Source: an uncultured Pseudomonadales bacterium
GTDB taxonomy: Bacteria > Pseudomonadota > Gammaproteobacteria > Pseudomonadales > UBA7239
Reading direction: 5' to 3'
DNA length: 64,000 bases
Assembly: GCA_964509075.1 (NCBI GenBank)
Contig: CAZDWC010000009.1
Location: forward strand, 63,842-127,841
The notes under the pieces are model-generated. The model was not told where the DNA came from, searched no databases, and worked only from the letters and a program-made list of their open reading frames with translations. The translations under genes and the position numbers were made by a program. Below, piece after piece: positions 28,636 through 37,317 of this stretch; the stretch's first letter is position 1; every line of letters starts with the position of its first letter.

Positions 28636-30351
28636 ATGTTCAGATCGGCGCGGTTGCCGGATGCCAACCCTTCGATACTGCTGGTATCGAATTCGGAGGC
28701 GGACTCCGGTTATATAGGCGAAATTGTCAAGGCTGACCGATACTCACTGGTGTCGTGCAGTGATGCAGAAAGGGCGTTGGGGCTTTTCGAGATCAATGCC
28801 TATGACATCGTCTTGCTTAATGAGACCTTCACGGCTGACTGTATCGTCGATTTGATATCACGATTGCGGCAGGCTGCGGCAGAGCGTTTTGTACCTGTAG
28901 TCCTGTTGCTGAAAGATCAGGACAGTTATTACCTCTCCGATTACATCAATGCCGGCGCTGATGATTTTCTCTCATGGCCCATCCAACCGGATATCCTGCT
29001 GGCAAAGTTGCGTCTGTCCAACCAGATGCGCTTGATGCAGGCGACACTTCAGCATCAGCGCGACCAGATCCGTTTGCACAATGATCACTTGCTGCAGGAG
29101 CAGCAGGTGGCCAAACGCATTTACGACAATATCACCAGCAGTGGTTGTTTGAGCGCTGAAAATATCCGCTATTTCATGTCGCCGATGGCCATGTTCAATG
29201 GCGACATACTGGTTGCCGCGATGCGTCCATCAGGCAATATGCTCATCTTGCTGGGCGATTTCACCGGCCACGGTTTGCCGGCTGCTATCGGCGCGATCCC
29301 GCTGTCTTCCGCATTTTATGGCATGGTACACAAGGGTTTTGAGTCTGAAGATATTCTTCGTGAAATCAACCAGAAGGTGAAGGCGGCGTTGCCTGTGGGA
29401 TTTTTTTGTTGTGCCTGCATGGTTGAACTGGACTTGTACGAGCAGACAGTTATGGTCTGGAACGGCGGCATGCCGGATGCTTACCTGCTGCATGAAGATT
29501 CGACTATTGAAACCATTGCCTCCAGTCATGTTGCATTGGGCGTGCTCGACAATCGGCAGTTTGATGCGAGATTCCAGCGCTATGCGATGCAGACGGGCGA
29601 CAGGCTTTTTCTGTGGACGGACGGCATTATTGAAGCGACCAATGCCGACGGCAGTATGTTTGGGGAGGACAAGCTGCGCAAGGTTTTTGACACAGGTATT
29701 GCCTCTGACGATTTGATGCGTGATGTCTGTGTGGCTGTTGATGAATTTATCGGTGATGGCAGCAGCAGTGATGATGTGTCTATCGTCGAAATCAGCATGG
29801 TCAATCCGGAAAGTGTCAACATCCAGGAAAACAGCTCTCTGGCACAAACCACCCAGACAGCGCCAACGGACTGGTCAATGAGTTTTGAAATATCGCCGGC
29901 TGCCGCAAGGGCTGGCAGCCCGATTCCCATGATGATGAACTTGCTGCTAGAGGTGCCGGGTTTGCGCCAACACAGCAGTTCTATTTTCACTATCCTGACA
30001 GAGCTGTATTCGAATGCACTGGAGCATGGCATTCTTGGTCTCGACTCGGCCGCCAAGCATTCTGCCAATGGCTTTCTCGACTATTACACGGAGCGTGACA
30101 GACGCCTTGCCGAAGTGGAGGGTGGCAGCATCGCTTTTCATATGCGTCATGTTGCCGATGCGGAAGGTGGTCAGCTGACAATCTCTGTGCATGATTCCGG
30201 CCCTGGCTTCGATTACGAAAAGTGCCATAAAGCATCCAACAGTTTCAGTGGTCGCGGCATCATGCTGCTGGAGCAGCTGTGTGAATCCCTGCATTATTGT
30301 GGTAACGGCAACCAGGTCGAAGCCGTTTATCGCTGGCGTGATTATCGCTGA
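28636..30351 (+). CDS. HsbR-like fusion: degenerate receiver + PP2C (SpoIIE) phosphatase + RsbW-type Ser kinase (HATPase)
   Basis: 571 aa. An N-terminal REC-like fold lacks the conserved acidic/Thr/Lys residues. PP2C motifs are present (GDFTGHG, WTDGIIEA, DDVSIVEI). The C-terminus has a GHKL ATPase (LYSNALEHG, HDSGPGFD, GRGIMLL). Confidence 0.85.
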   Translation: MFRSARLPDANPSILLVSNSEADSGYIGEIVKADRYSLVSCSDAERALGLFEINAYDIVLLNETFTADCIVDLISRLRQAAAERFVPVVLLLKDQDSYYLSDYINAGADDFLSWPIQPDILLAKLRLSNQMRLMQATLQHQRDQIRLHNDHLLQEQQVAKRIYDNITSSGCLSAENIRYFMSPMAMFNGDILVAAMRPSGNMLILLGDFTGHGLPAAIGAIPLSSAFYGMVHKGFESEDILREINQKVKAALPVGFFCCACMVELDLYEQTVMVWNGGMPDAYLLHEDSTIETIASSHVALGVLDNRQFDARFQRYAMQTGDRLFLWTDGIIEATNADGSMFGEDKLRKVFDTGIASDDLMRDVCVAVDEFIGDGSSSDDVSIVEISMVNPESVNIQENSSLAQTTQTAPTDWSMSFEISPAAARAGSPIPMMMNLLLEVPGLRQHSSSIFTILTELYSNALEHGILGLDSAAKHSANGFLDYYTERDRRLAEVEGGSIAFHMRHVADAEGGQLTISVHDSGPGFDYEKCHKASNSFSGRGIMLLEQLCESLHYCGNGNQVEAVYRWRDYR

Positions 30352-30526
30352 TCGTTCTGGTTTGAATTCCTGGCAATTTTAATCCGTTGCCGGCAATATC
30401 TTGCCGTATTCCCCGAATACATATTACAAGCCCTGTATTCTTTCAGTGTGTTGCATTGTGCTGCCTTTTGGCAGCATTCTTGCTTTATATGCCTCGATTG
30501 TTTTGATTGCTGTCGAGGATATGACG

Positions 30527-32065
30527 ATGGAATTGTTGCCTTTACCCGTATTTTCTCCTGTTGGTGCTGCAGGCAATGATCGATCGTCTGCATTTCAGGG
30601 CGAAATGCATGAACAGCCGGACACCGGTTTTGCCAGTTTGTTTCACGAGCGCCTTTCAGCTGCGCCATCGTCGCAACATTTTCAAACTTCAATATCTTCT
30701 GCAGCCCGCGATTATCATCGTGAGCGTCCGCTGGATTCTTCCAGAGCTTTGGATGAGCCGGATTGCAGTGGCACGCGCGATAGCGGGATTGAATCTGGCG
30801 GGTATGATCTGCCACGCGAAGCCGGCCGTGACGAAGTGTCTCTTGCGGCTAGCGGTGAATCTTCTTCTCAGCCACTGCGTGAAGACGGATATGAAAAGGA
30901 AAATGAGCACGAGACACATGGTGCTGATTCCATGTTGCAGGGTAACAAGACTGATGAAGACACAACTATCCCTGTCAGTCTTGGTGTTGTAGAGATGGAA
31001 GACATGTCGGGGGAAAAATCATTGGCGACTGACTTCGCTGTATTCGAAGGTAGCGATGCTGATTCACTTTCTCTGCTGGAGATGTCGTTGATTCCGTTGG
31101 GTTCGCAGTTCGCTGCGGATGTAGGCGAGGATGTCGAAGGACTTGTCGAAGAACTCGCGGCAGATGCAGGCGACTCGGACGATGCGATGCTGCTCGATGA
31201 TGCAGACCTCGCGTTGCCTGTGTGGATCGCCCAGGCATTCATCGCACCGGCAGCAGCTGGGGCAGTTGCCGGTGATGCTACTGATACTGTGTCATTGCTG
31301 CCAGGCACTGCAGATGCTGCGCTCGGCAAGGCCCTTCAGGCTTGGCTGGCACAGGATGAGGTTATACAAAGCAGCTCCGCAGGCATTGATGCGGATGCGA
31401 ACGCTCCGTCATCGCCAGCTTTCGCGGTTGCAACACAGGTGTTGCAGACGGGTAATTCATCCGCATTGCGCGAGGCTATTTCGGCTGCGGTATTGCAATT
31501 ACAGTCCGTGCCGGCGCGGACGGCGGATACGGCGCCAGTGGCGATGGGCGAGTTCGATGAGGGTGTTGACGTTGCTACATCCTTGACGGGTATCGCGCAC
31601 AACACAGCTGCAATGCGTGTGCAGGCAATGACGCCGCAGCAGGCGCTGCAGCAGGCCGGCGTGATGGCGGAAAAGCTCGCGGCACAGATCGTCTGGATGC
31701 AGTCCCAGCATATTCAGCGCGCGGAAATGCGTTTGTCGCCGGAAAATCTGGGGCCGTTGCAGATTCAGCTGGATATCCAGCGCGACCAGGCCAGTGTCAG
31801 TGTCAGTTCTGCTCATCAGCAGGTGCGTGAGTGGCTTGATGCCGGTCAGTTCCGTCTGCGCGATTTACTGGGCCAGAGTGGTCTGCAATTGTCTTCCTAT
31901 TCGGTGTCGGATCACGGCAGTCATAATGCCCAGCAACAGCAGGGTGAAGAAGGTGCGCGGCAGCAGGCCACTGGAACTGGCATCGCACAGCCTGATAACC
32001 ATGATGAGCCTGAGGCCATTGTGCCGCTGCGCATGGGAATTGGCTTGGTGGATAATTACGCCTGA
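30527..32065 (+). CDS. fliK: flagellar hook-length control protein FliK
   Basis: Acidic, low-complexity central region. C-terminal Flg_hook domain (MRLSPENLGPLQIQLDIQRDQASVSVSSAHQQVREWL). GAGGA lies 7 nt upstream of ATG 30527; ATG 30521 and TTG 30401 are alternative starts. Confidence 0.8.
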   Translation: MELLPLPVFSPVGAAGNDRSSAFQGEMHEQPDTGFASLFHERLSAAPSSQHFQTSISSAARDYHRERPLDSSRALDEPDCSGTRDSGIESGGYDLPREAGRDEVSLAASGESSSQPLREDGYEKENEHETHGADSMLQGNKTDEDTTIPVSLGVVEMEDMSGEKSLATDFAVFEGSDADSLSLLEMSLIPLGSQFAADVGEDVEGLVEELAADAGDSDDAMLLDDADLALPVWIAQAFIAPAAAGAVAGDATDTVSLLPGTADAALGKALQAWLAQDEVIQSSSAGIDADANAPSSPAFAVATQVLQTGNSSALREAISAAVLQLQSVPARTADTAPVAMGEFDEGVDVATSLTGIAHNTAAMRVQAMTPQQALQQAGVMAEKLAAQIVWMQSQHIQRAEMRLSPENLGPLQIQLDIQRDQASVSVSSAHQQVREWLDAGQFRLRDLLGQSGLQLSSYSVSDHGSHNAQQQQGEEGARQQATGTGIAQPDNHDEPEAIVPLRMGIGLVDNYA

Positions 32066-32075
32066 GGCGTTTTTA
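32058..32075 (+). terminator. weak candidate terminator after fliK
   Basis: ACGCC-tga-GGCGT followed by TTTTT. The stem is only 5 bp and the stop codon sits in the loop. Confidence 0.3.
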
Positions 32076-32076
32076 C

Positions 32077-32105
32077 TTGCAATCGCGGGCAAAATCTCAA
32101 TACTT
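32077..32105 (+). promoter_or_regulatory. candidate sigma70 promoter for sodB
   Basis: TTGCAA, a 17-nt spacer, then ATACTT, about 40 nt upstream of the sodB ATG. Motif match only. Confidence 0.3.
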
Positions 32106-32143
32106 GGCAGCGCCTATCAGTAACCCTTTTACGGAGATTTCCC

Positions 32144-32722
32144 ATGGCTTTTGAATTGCCTGCGCTGCCCTACGCCAAAGATGCTCTCGCCCCACACATT
32201 TCTGCTGAAACGCTGGAGTTCCACTACGGCAAACATCACCAGGCCTATGTCACCAATCTGAACAATCTGGTACCGGGCACTGAATTTGAAGGCAAGAGCC
32301 TGGAAGAGATCATCAAATCTTCCAGTGGTGGTATTTACAACAACGCTGCACAAATCTGGAATCACACCTTTTACTGGAATTGCCTGACACCGAATGGCGG
32401 TGGCGAGCCTACGGGTGCGCTGGCGGATGCCATCAACAAGGCTTACGGTTCTTTCGCGGCGTTCAAGGAAAAATTCAGCACGATGGCAGTAGGCAATTTC
32501 GGTTCTGCCTGGACCTGGCTGGTGAAAAATGCCGATGGTTCGGTCGAGATTGTCAACATGGGGGCTGCCGGTTGCCCGATGGTAGATGGCAAGAAAGCGC
32601 TGCTGACTTGCGATGTATGGGAACATGCCTACTACATCGACTACCGCAACTTGCGTGCAAAGTATGTCGAGTCATTCTGGAATCTGGTCAACTGGGATTT
32701 TGTGGCCAAAAATTTCGGCTGA
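32144..32722 (+). CDS. sodB: iron superoxide dismutase
   Basis: 192 aa, near-collinear with E. coli SodB (AFELPALPYAKDALAPHISAETLEFHYGKHHQAYVTNLNNL ... DVWEHAYYIDYRN). Confidence 0.95.
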   Translation: MAFELPALPYAKDALAPHISAETLEFHYGKHHQAYVTNLNNLVPGTEFEGKSLEEIIKSSSGGIYNNAAQIWNHTFYWNCLTPNGGGEPTGALADAINKAYGSFAAFKEKFSTMAVGNFGSAWTWLVKNADGSVEIVNMGAAGCPMVDGKKALLTCDVWEHAYYIDYRNLRAKYVESFWNLVNWDFVAKNFG

Positions 32723-32740
32723 GATTCACGGTGAAAGTCA

Positions 32741-32767
32741 GGCGCCCCGTTTTGCGGGGCGTTTTTG
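32741..32767 (+). terminator. rho-independent terminator of sodB
   Basis: GGCGCCCCG-tttt-GCGGGGCG followed by TTTTTGTTT, about 20 nt after the stop. Confidence 0.75.
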
Positions 32768-32806
32768 TTTGGGTCGGATTGGCCTGTTTTAAAAGAGTAC
32801 CTTGCA

Positions 32807-33655
32807 ATGATCAAACCCCGACGTTCCGTGCTGTACATGCCGGCCAGCAATGCACGCGCGCTGGAAAAAGCCAGAGGCTTGCCGGCAGATTGCGTGATCC
32901 TGGATCTGGAGGATGCCGTGGCGCCGGCGCAGAAAGCAGCAGCGCGCGAGCAGGCGGTGCAGGCTGTCAGGGCCGGCGGTTATGGCCAGCGTGAGCTGGC
33001 CATTCGCATCAATGCCGAAGGCAGCGAGTGGTTTGCCGAGGATTTTGCCGCTGTGGCGAAAAGTGGTGCGGATGCCATTGTGCTCCCCAAGGTGGAGAGT
33101 GCGGCGACCGTGCAGCGTGTAGCTGATCAATTGCCCGAGGGCATGGCGGTATGGGCTATGATCGAAACGCCCTTGGGGGTCATGCAGGTTGACGAGATCG
33201 TATTCGCACACCGTCGCTTGCAGGTGCTGGTAATGGGAACTTCCGATCTCGCCAAGGAATTGCGCGTGCCGCATCGGGTCGATCGACTGGGATTTTTGTA
33301 CAGCCTGGGTCGCTGTGTGGTGGCAGCCCGCGCTGCGGGGCTCGATATTATTGATGGTGTTTATCTGGACCTGGCAGATGGCGAGGGTTTTGCTGCCATG
33401 TGCGAGCAGGGATTGGCGCTTGGCTTTGATGGCAAATCGCTGATCCATCCGGATCAGATTGCTGTTGCCAACAAGGTGTTTGCGCCATCGGCTGCAGACG
33501 TCGCCCAGGCCGAGCGTATTTTGCAAGCATGGTTTGAGGCGGAGCAGGCTGGCAGTGGGGTGGCGGTGCTGGACGGCAAACTGGTGGAGAATCTGCATGC
33601 GGCTGAGGCGGAGCGCCTGTTGGTCCTGGCGGCTGCCATTGCTGAGAGGGGCTGA
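32807..33655 (+). CDS. HpcH/HpaI aldolase / citrate lyase beta (CitE)-like acyl-CoA lyase
   Basis: 282 aa (RRSVLYMPASNARALEKA..DCVILDLEDAV...LPKVES). CitE/malyl-CoA lyase-type signature. Confidence 0.85.
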   Translation: MIKPRRSVLYMPASNARALEKARGLPADCVILDLEDAVAPAQKAAAREQAVQAVRAGGYGQRELAIRINAEGSEWFAEDFAAVAKSGADAIVLPKVESAATVQRVADQLPEGMAVWAMIETPLGVMQVDEIVFAHRRLQVLVMGTSDLAKELRVPHRVDRLGFLYSLGRCVVAARAAGLDIIDGVYLDLADGEGFAAMCEQGLALGFDGKSLIHPDQIAVANKVFAPSAADVAQAERILQAWFEAEQAGSGVAVLDGKLVENLHAAEAERLLVLAAAIAERG

Positions 33656-33788
33656 CCGTTTGTCCGTTGCCGGCCGGGCTTTGTCTTGCTGGGGTTTATC
33701 CGTGCCGACAGGCTGCTAAGGTTAAAGAAGGAAGATAATGTGAGAGGGAGGCTCTGGTCGTCCCGACTCGTTGAGGAGGAATACAGCC

Positions 33789-34082
33789 ATGGGCAATGCC
33801 ACAGAATTACTGGATGTGATCGCGGTCAGCCTGCCGGTATCGGATCGGTTGGAGCAGCATCGAAGGGAATTGGTCGGCAAAGTGGAGGTGCGCTTTCAGG
33901 GCATGCCGGATCGTTCGGAGAAGCTGGCTCAGGCGCTGACTGATTTACTGGTGGAAGAAGGCGTGGTGTTGTCCGATACCGATACGCTGCGAGATCTGGT
34001 TCTGGAGTATCTGGAGATCAACAAGAAGCAGTCGGCACTGGGGCAGGATGAAATGGATTTTCTTAATGAATTCCTCAAGTAA
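33789..34082 (+). CDS. hypothetical protein (97 aa)
   Basis: GAGGAGGA lies about 9 nt upstream of ATG 33789. The product is acidic and helical. No motif recognised. Confidence 0.5.
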   Translation: MGNATELLDVIAVSLPVSDRLEQHRRELVGKVEVRFQGMPDRSEKLAQALTDLLVEEGVVLSDTDTLRDLVLEYLEINKKQSALGQDEMDFLNEFLK

Positions 34083-34179
34083 AACCTATAACTAATTGAT
34101 AATTAACACAATTAATTTTTTTGCGTGTTGCTGATATTTTAGATTATCCAGCATTAATAATGCGATGTATCTATTTGAT

Positions 34180-34875
34180 TTATTTGAAATTGTATTCGCT
34201 GGTTGGCAGTCTGTCCATTTTGTCAAAATCAATGAAGCGTTTGCAGCTGGCATACATCTGTTTCTGGTTGCTGGCGAGTTCTTCAGGGCTGTTGCGCCGG
34301 TAGAAGGCGTTCTGGTCTGTCATGGCATCCGGGGGGAAATTTTCTTCGACGATGGCGTCAATCTGTGGTGCGTCAGGGGTTAGCGCCCGCACCACGATAT
34401 TCTGCCGGTAGCCGAAGGTTTCCTGGGTGTCTATGGCAATCGGGGTGTGTTGCTGCAACCACAGCTCCAACCACTGTTCGCGCGTCAATCGCGGCGGGAT
34501 TTGCAGCAATACGATGTGATTCATGCCGTAAACACGCTCTCCCTCTGCTGCGGGGTGGCGGGTGTTCGGCAAGGGTTCGGATTCGCAGACACTGTAGCCG
34601 GCGAGTCGTTCGCAGTGCCCGGCCAGCAGTTCTTCTGCTGGTGGGGATTGGCTGGCGCTGTCCAGCCAGAAGCTCAGCACCGCATCTGCCGAAGGCGCAA
34701 GCTGGCTAAGGCGCATGTTGGTAGCGGGCAGCACTGCTTCATCGGCGAGGTTGAGACGAAAGCGCTGTGCACCGGCGGCGCGCAAGCTGGCCAGCAGGGG
34801 ATCACGCAGCCTCTCATGCCAGTGGCTGCTTGGCAGTGCAGAGGGTTTCCATAACAGGTAGGTCAGTTTTTCCAT
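34180..34875 (-). CDS. hypothetical protein, possibly tandem EthD-like (dimeric alpha/beta barrel) domains
   Basis: 231-aa ORF. Two segments begin like EthD domains (MEKLTYLLWKPSALPSSHWHERL and MNHIVLLQIPPRLTREQWLELW). The functional call is weak. Confidence 0.6.
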   Translation of the reverse strand: MEKLTYLLWKPSALPSSHWHERLRDPLLASLRAAGAQRFRLNLADEAVLPATNMRLSQLAPSADAVLSFWLDSASQSPPAEELLAGHCERLAGYSVCESEPLPNTRHPAAEGERVYGMNHIVLLQIPPRLTREQWLELWLQQHTPIAIDTQETFGYRQNIVVRALTPDAPQIDAIVEENFPPDAMTDQNAFYRRNSPEELASNQKQMYASCKRFIDFDKMDRLPTSEYNFK

Positions 34876-35017
34876 GGCGGCGAGTCTGTCGAATAGGTAG
34901 TGTGAACTGGGTCAGGTTTACGCAGATCCATTCTGCTTGCAAGGGTATACGGGCTTTTTTGCGGTAGATACTTGGAGTAAATTGCTGGAGACGGAATTGT
35001 TCGCAGAAGGGCAGCGC

Positions 35018-36685
35018 ATGCATGTACAGGAAAGACCCGACGTGACAGTGGTGCCAGCGTCTACAGCCAATTCTCCACAAGACATGAAAAAGTGGTTGCG
35101 CACGGCCACGCCCAAAACCCTCGCTGAATGGACTGACAAACTGCCGCGCAGCAATCTATCGGCCGTGGCGCACAGCCAGATGCAGGCGCTGAAAGCACTG
35201 GATGAAGTGGATATGCAGCCGATGCAGAAATTTGCGTTGCTGGATGTCTTGCGCGCCGGCGCCTATCACACGGTCGAAAGCCTCACCAGCGGCTTCATGG
35301 GCAATGCCTCCGGTTTCAGCGACGAGTTCAAGAACATCATAAACCAGGCCATGCTGTTGCAGGGGCAGTTGGCATCGTCTTATACCAATGTTGCCATCAG
35401 TGCGCGTCTACTGGGTCCACAGCAGCTATTCATCATGGGTAGTGCCGTGCATCGCGCCATTGTTGATCAGTACAGCATGTTGTCGTTCTACCTGCAGCTC
35501 TATCTGCCGGTACCGCAGCAGTTGTGGCGACAGTTGCATCGCTTGTTCAAGGTGGCCGAAGAGGCGCAGCTGCTGGCGCATGTCATGGGTGACAACGTTT
35601 TTGTCAGCGAACAGATGCTGACCATCAAACAGATCTATCTGGCGGCGTTGTTGCTGGGTTGTGCGCGCTGCAACCAGATGCAGGCCGAAGATGTGGCAGC
35701 CACGGCCAAGGCGCTGAAAAAATGGGCTTTACACGCCGATCTGGGAAAACAGCAGGAAACCGGACACTCTCATCAGCTGGCGGTGGATGTAGACAGTGGC
35801 AGCAGCCCGTGCTTCGAGCCTCTTGAATCATTGGCCCAGGGCAACTGGCGTTACTTGCATACACGAAAACTGGTGGCACACCTGCAGAAACAATCCGGGC
35901 TCTCGGTGAAAATCGGCGAGCGCAATATCACGATTGGCGATGATTTGCTCAAGCATCTGGTGTCAGCCTGGAGTGAGTACGTCGAGCGCGACAACACCCG
36001 CCATGAACGAGAAGATGCGGTGACGTCCAGCATCGGCCTGGATGCACTGCATTATTATCTGACCGGAGCCTTGGCGGTTGAGGATTTCATAGGTGAGTTG
36101 CAGCCGGCTGCTCCAGTTCCATCGCCCAGGAAACTGGTTATGGGTGATATTCCGGAAGAATTCAATTTCCGCGCCTATTTGCCCGCGGATATCAACAATC
36201 TCGAGCAGGCACGTTTCCCGTGCCATGACGTGCGTGTGATTAATGAAAGTGTCGGCGGCTATTGCCTGGAATGGCCACAGGATATTCAGGAGTCGATGCT
36301 GGTTGGCGAAATTATTGGTATCAAGGAGTCATACGCGCCGTACTGGAAAGTGGGTGAAGTTGTGTGGATGAAAAAAACCGAGGATAACCGTATCCGTGTC
36401 GGGATTCGCACGCTCAGCAATGAAGCTATTCCGCTGGTTGCCAAGGTGCCGCAGACCATGGGGCAGCGTGGAGACAAGTTGCCAAGCCTGTTGCTGCCCA
36501 AGGATCGTGATCTCGGCAATGACAAGACCACATTCCTGGTGCCCAATGTGAAGTTGCGTATGGGTGAGCAACTGCGGGTTGTACAGGAGGGCAATGAGCA
36601 GTCTATCCAGCTGCTGGAGCCGGTGAAAGAAACCAGCGCCTATAGCCAGTTTGATTGTGCCTATCTGGTCGTGCAGAAAACCTGA
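35018..36685 (+). CDS. hypothetical protein with C-terminal PilZ-like barrel (NxSxxG present, RxxxR absent)
   Basis: 555 aa from ATG 35018; the ORF is open from 34937. The C-terminus reads ...[21 protein letters not shown]...[11 protein letters not shown], which resembles the second half-motif of PilZ. Confidence 0.65.
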   Translation: MHVQERPDVTVVPASTANSPQDMKKWLRTATPKTLAEWTDKLPRSNLSAVAHSQMQALKALDEVDMQPMQKFALLDVLRAGAYHTVESLTSGFMGNASGFSDEFKNIINQAMLLQGQLASSYTNVAISARLLGPQQLFIMGSAVHRAIVDQYSMLSFYLQLYLPVPQQLWRQLHRLFKVAEEAQLLAHVMGDNVFVSEQMLTIKQIYLAALLLGCARCNQMQAEDVAATAKALKKWALHADLGKQQETGHSHQLAVDVDSGSSPCFEPLESLAQGNWRYLHTRKLVAHLQKQSGLSVKIGERNITIGDDLLKHLVSAWSEYVERDNTRHEREDAVTSSIGLDALHYYLTGALAVEDFIGELQPAAPVPSPRKLVMGDIPEEFNFRAYLPADINNLEQARFPCHDVRVINESVGGYCLEWPQDIQESMLVGEIIGIKESYAPYWKVGEVVWMKKTEDNRIRVGIRTLSNEAIPLVAKVPQTMGQRGDKLPSLLLPKDRDLGNDKTTFLVPNVKLRMGEQLRVVQEGNEQSIQLLEPVKETSAYSQFDCAYLVVQKT

Positions 36686-37317
36686 TGAAAATGCTGCAAT
36701 TACCGACAGTAGCCCAGGCCTTGCCCGGACGTGATCAGCCCATGCCGGTGCCTGCTGAACATGCGGTATTGCATACACCCTTGCTGCCACCATTTCCGAA
36801 GGGTATGGCTGTGGCCATGTTCGGCATGGGCTGCTTCTGGGGGGCAGAGCGCAAGTTCTGGAAAGTATCAGGCGTTTACAGTACAGCGGTGGGTTATGCC
36901 GGCGGCTTGACGCCTAACCCGACCTACGAAGAAGTCTGTTCGGGCCTGACCGGACATAACGAAGTGGTGCAGGTGGTATTTGATCCCGCTCTGGTCAATT
37001 TTGAGGATTTGCTGAAAGTTTTCTGGGAAGGCCATAACCCGACTCTGGGCATGCGTCAGGGCAATGATATCGGCACCCAGTATCGTTCAGGCATTTATTG
37101 CGTCACACATCAGCAACTCGAAGAGGCTGCTGTGAGCCGGGCGCGCTACCAACAGGCTCTCGATACACAGGGCTTGTGTATCACAACGGAAATCCTGCCG
37201 GCACCGGTGTTTTACTATGCCGAACCCTACCACCAACAGTATCTGTACAAGAATCCTGATGGTTATTGCCCGGCCATCGGTTACGAAGCCTGCGGATTGC
37301 CTGCGTTTCCTGCCTGA
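36685..37317 (+). CDS. msrA: peptide-methionine (S)-S-oxide reductase MsrA
   Basis: [13 protein letters not shown] active-site motif. The ATG overlaps the upstream stop (TGATG). Confidence 0.93.
   Translation: MKMLQLPTVAQALPGRDQPMPVPAEHAVLHTPLLPPFPKGMAVAMFGMGCFWGAERKFWKVSGVYSTAVGYAGGLTPNPTYEEVCSGLTGHNEVVQVVFDPALVNFEDLLKVFWEGHNPTLGMRQGNDIGTQYRSGIYCVTHQQLEEAAVSRARYQQALDTQGLCITTEILPAPVFYYAEPYHQQYLYKNPDGYCPAIGYEACGLPAFPA

Noticed and set aside
30371-30404. Sigma54-like motifs upstream of fliK (TGGCAA...TTGC and CGGCAATATCTTGC)
   Set aside because: The GG-to-GC spacing is wrong in both: 5 nt too long in the first and 1 nt too short in the second. The region is better described as two short GGCAA/TTGCC hairpins.
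30401-30526. N-terminal 42-codon extension of fliK from TTG 30401
   Set aside because: The extension is hydrophobic and Cys-rich and unlike FliK. A GAGGA Shine-Dalgarno sequence precedes the ATGs at 30521 and 30527.
32789-33598. 269-aa ORF on the minus strand
   Set aside because: It is antisense to the CitE-like lyase gene. Shadow ORF.
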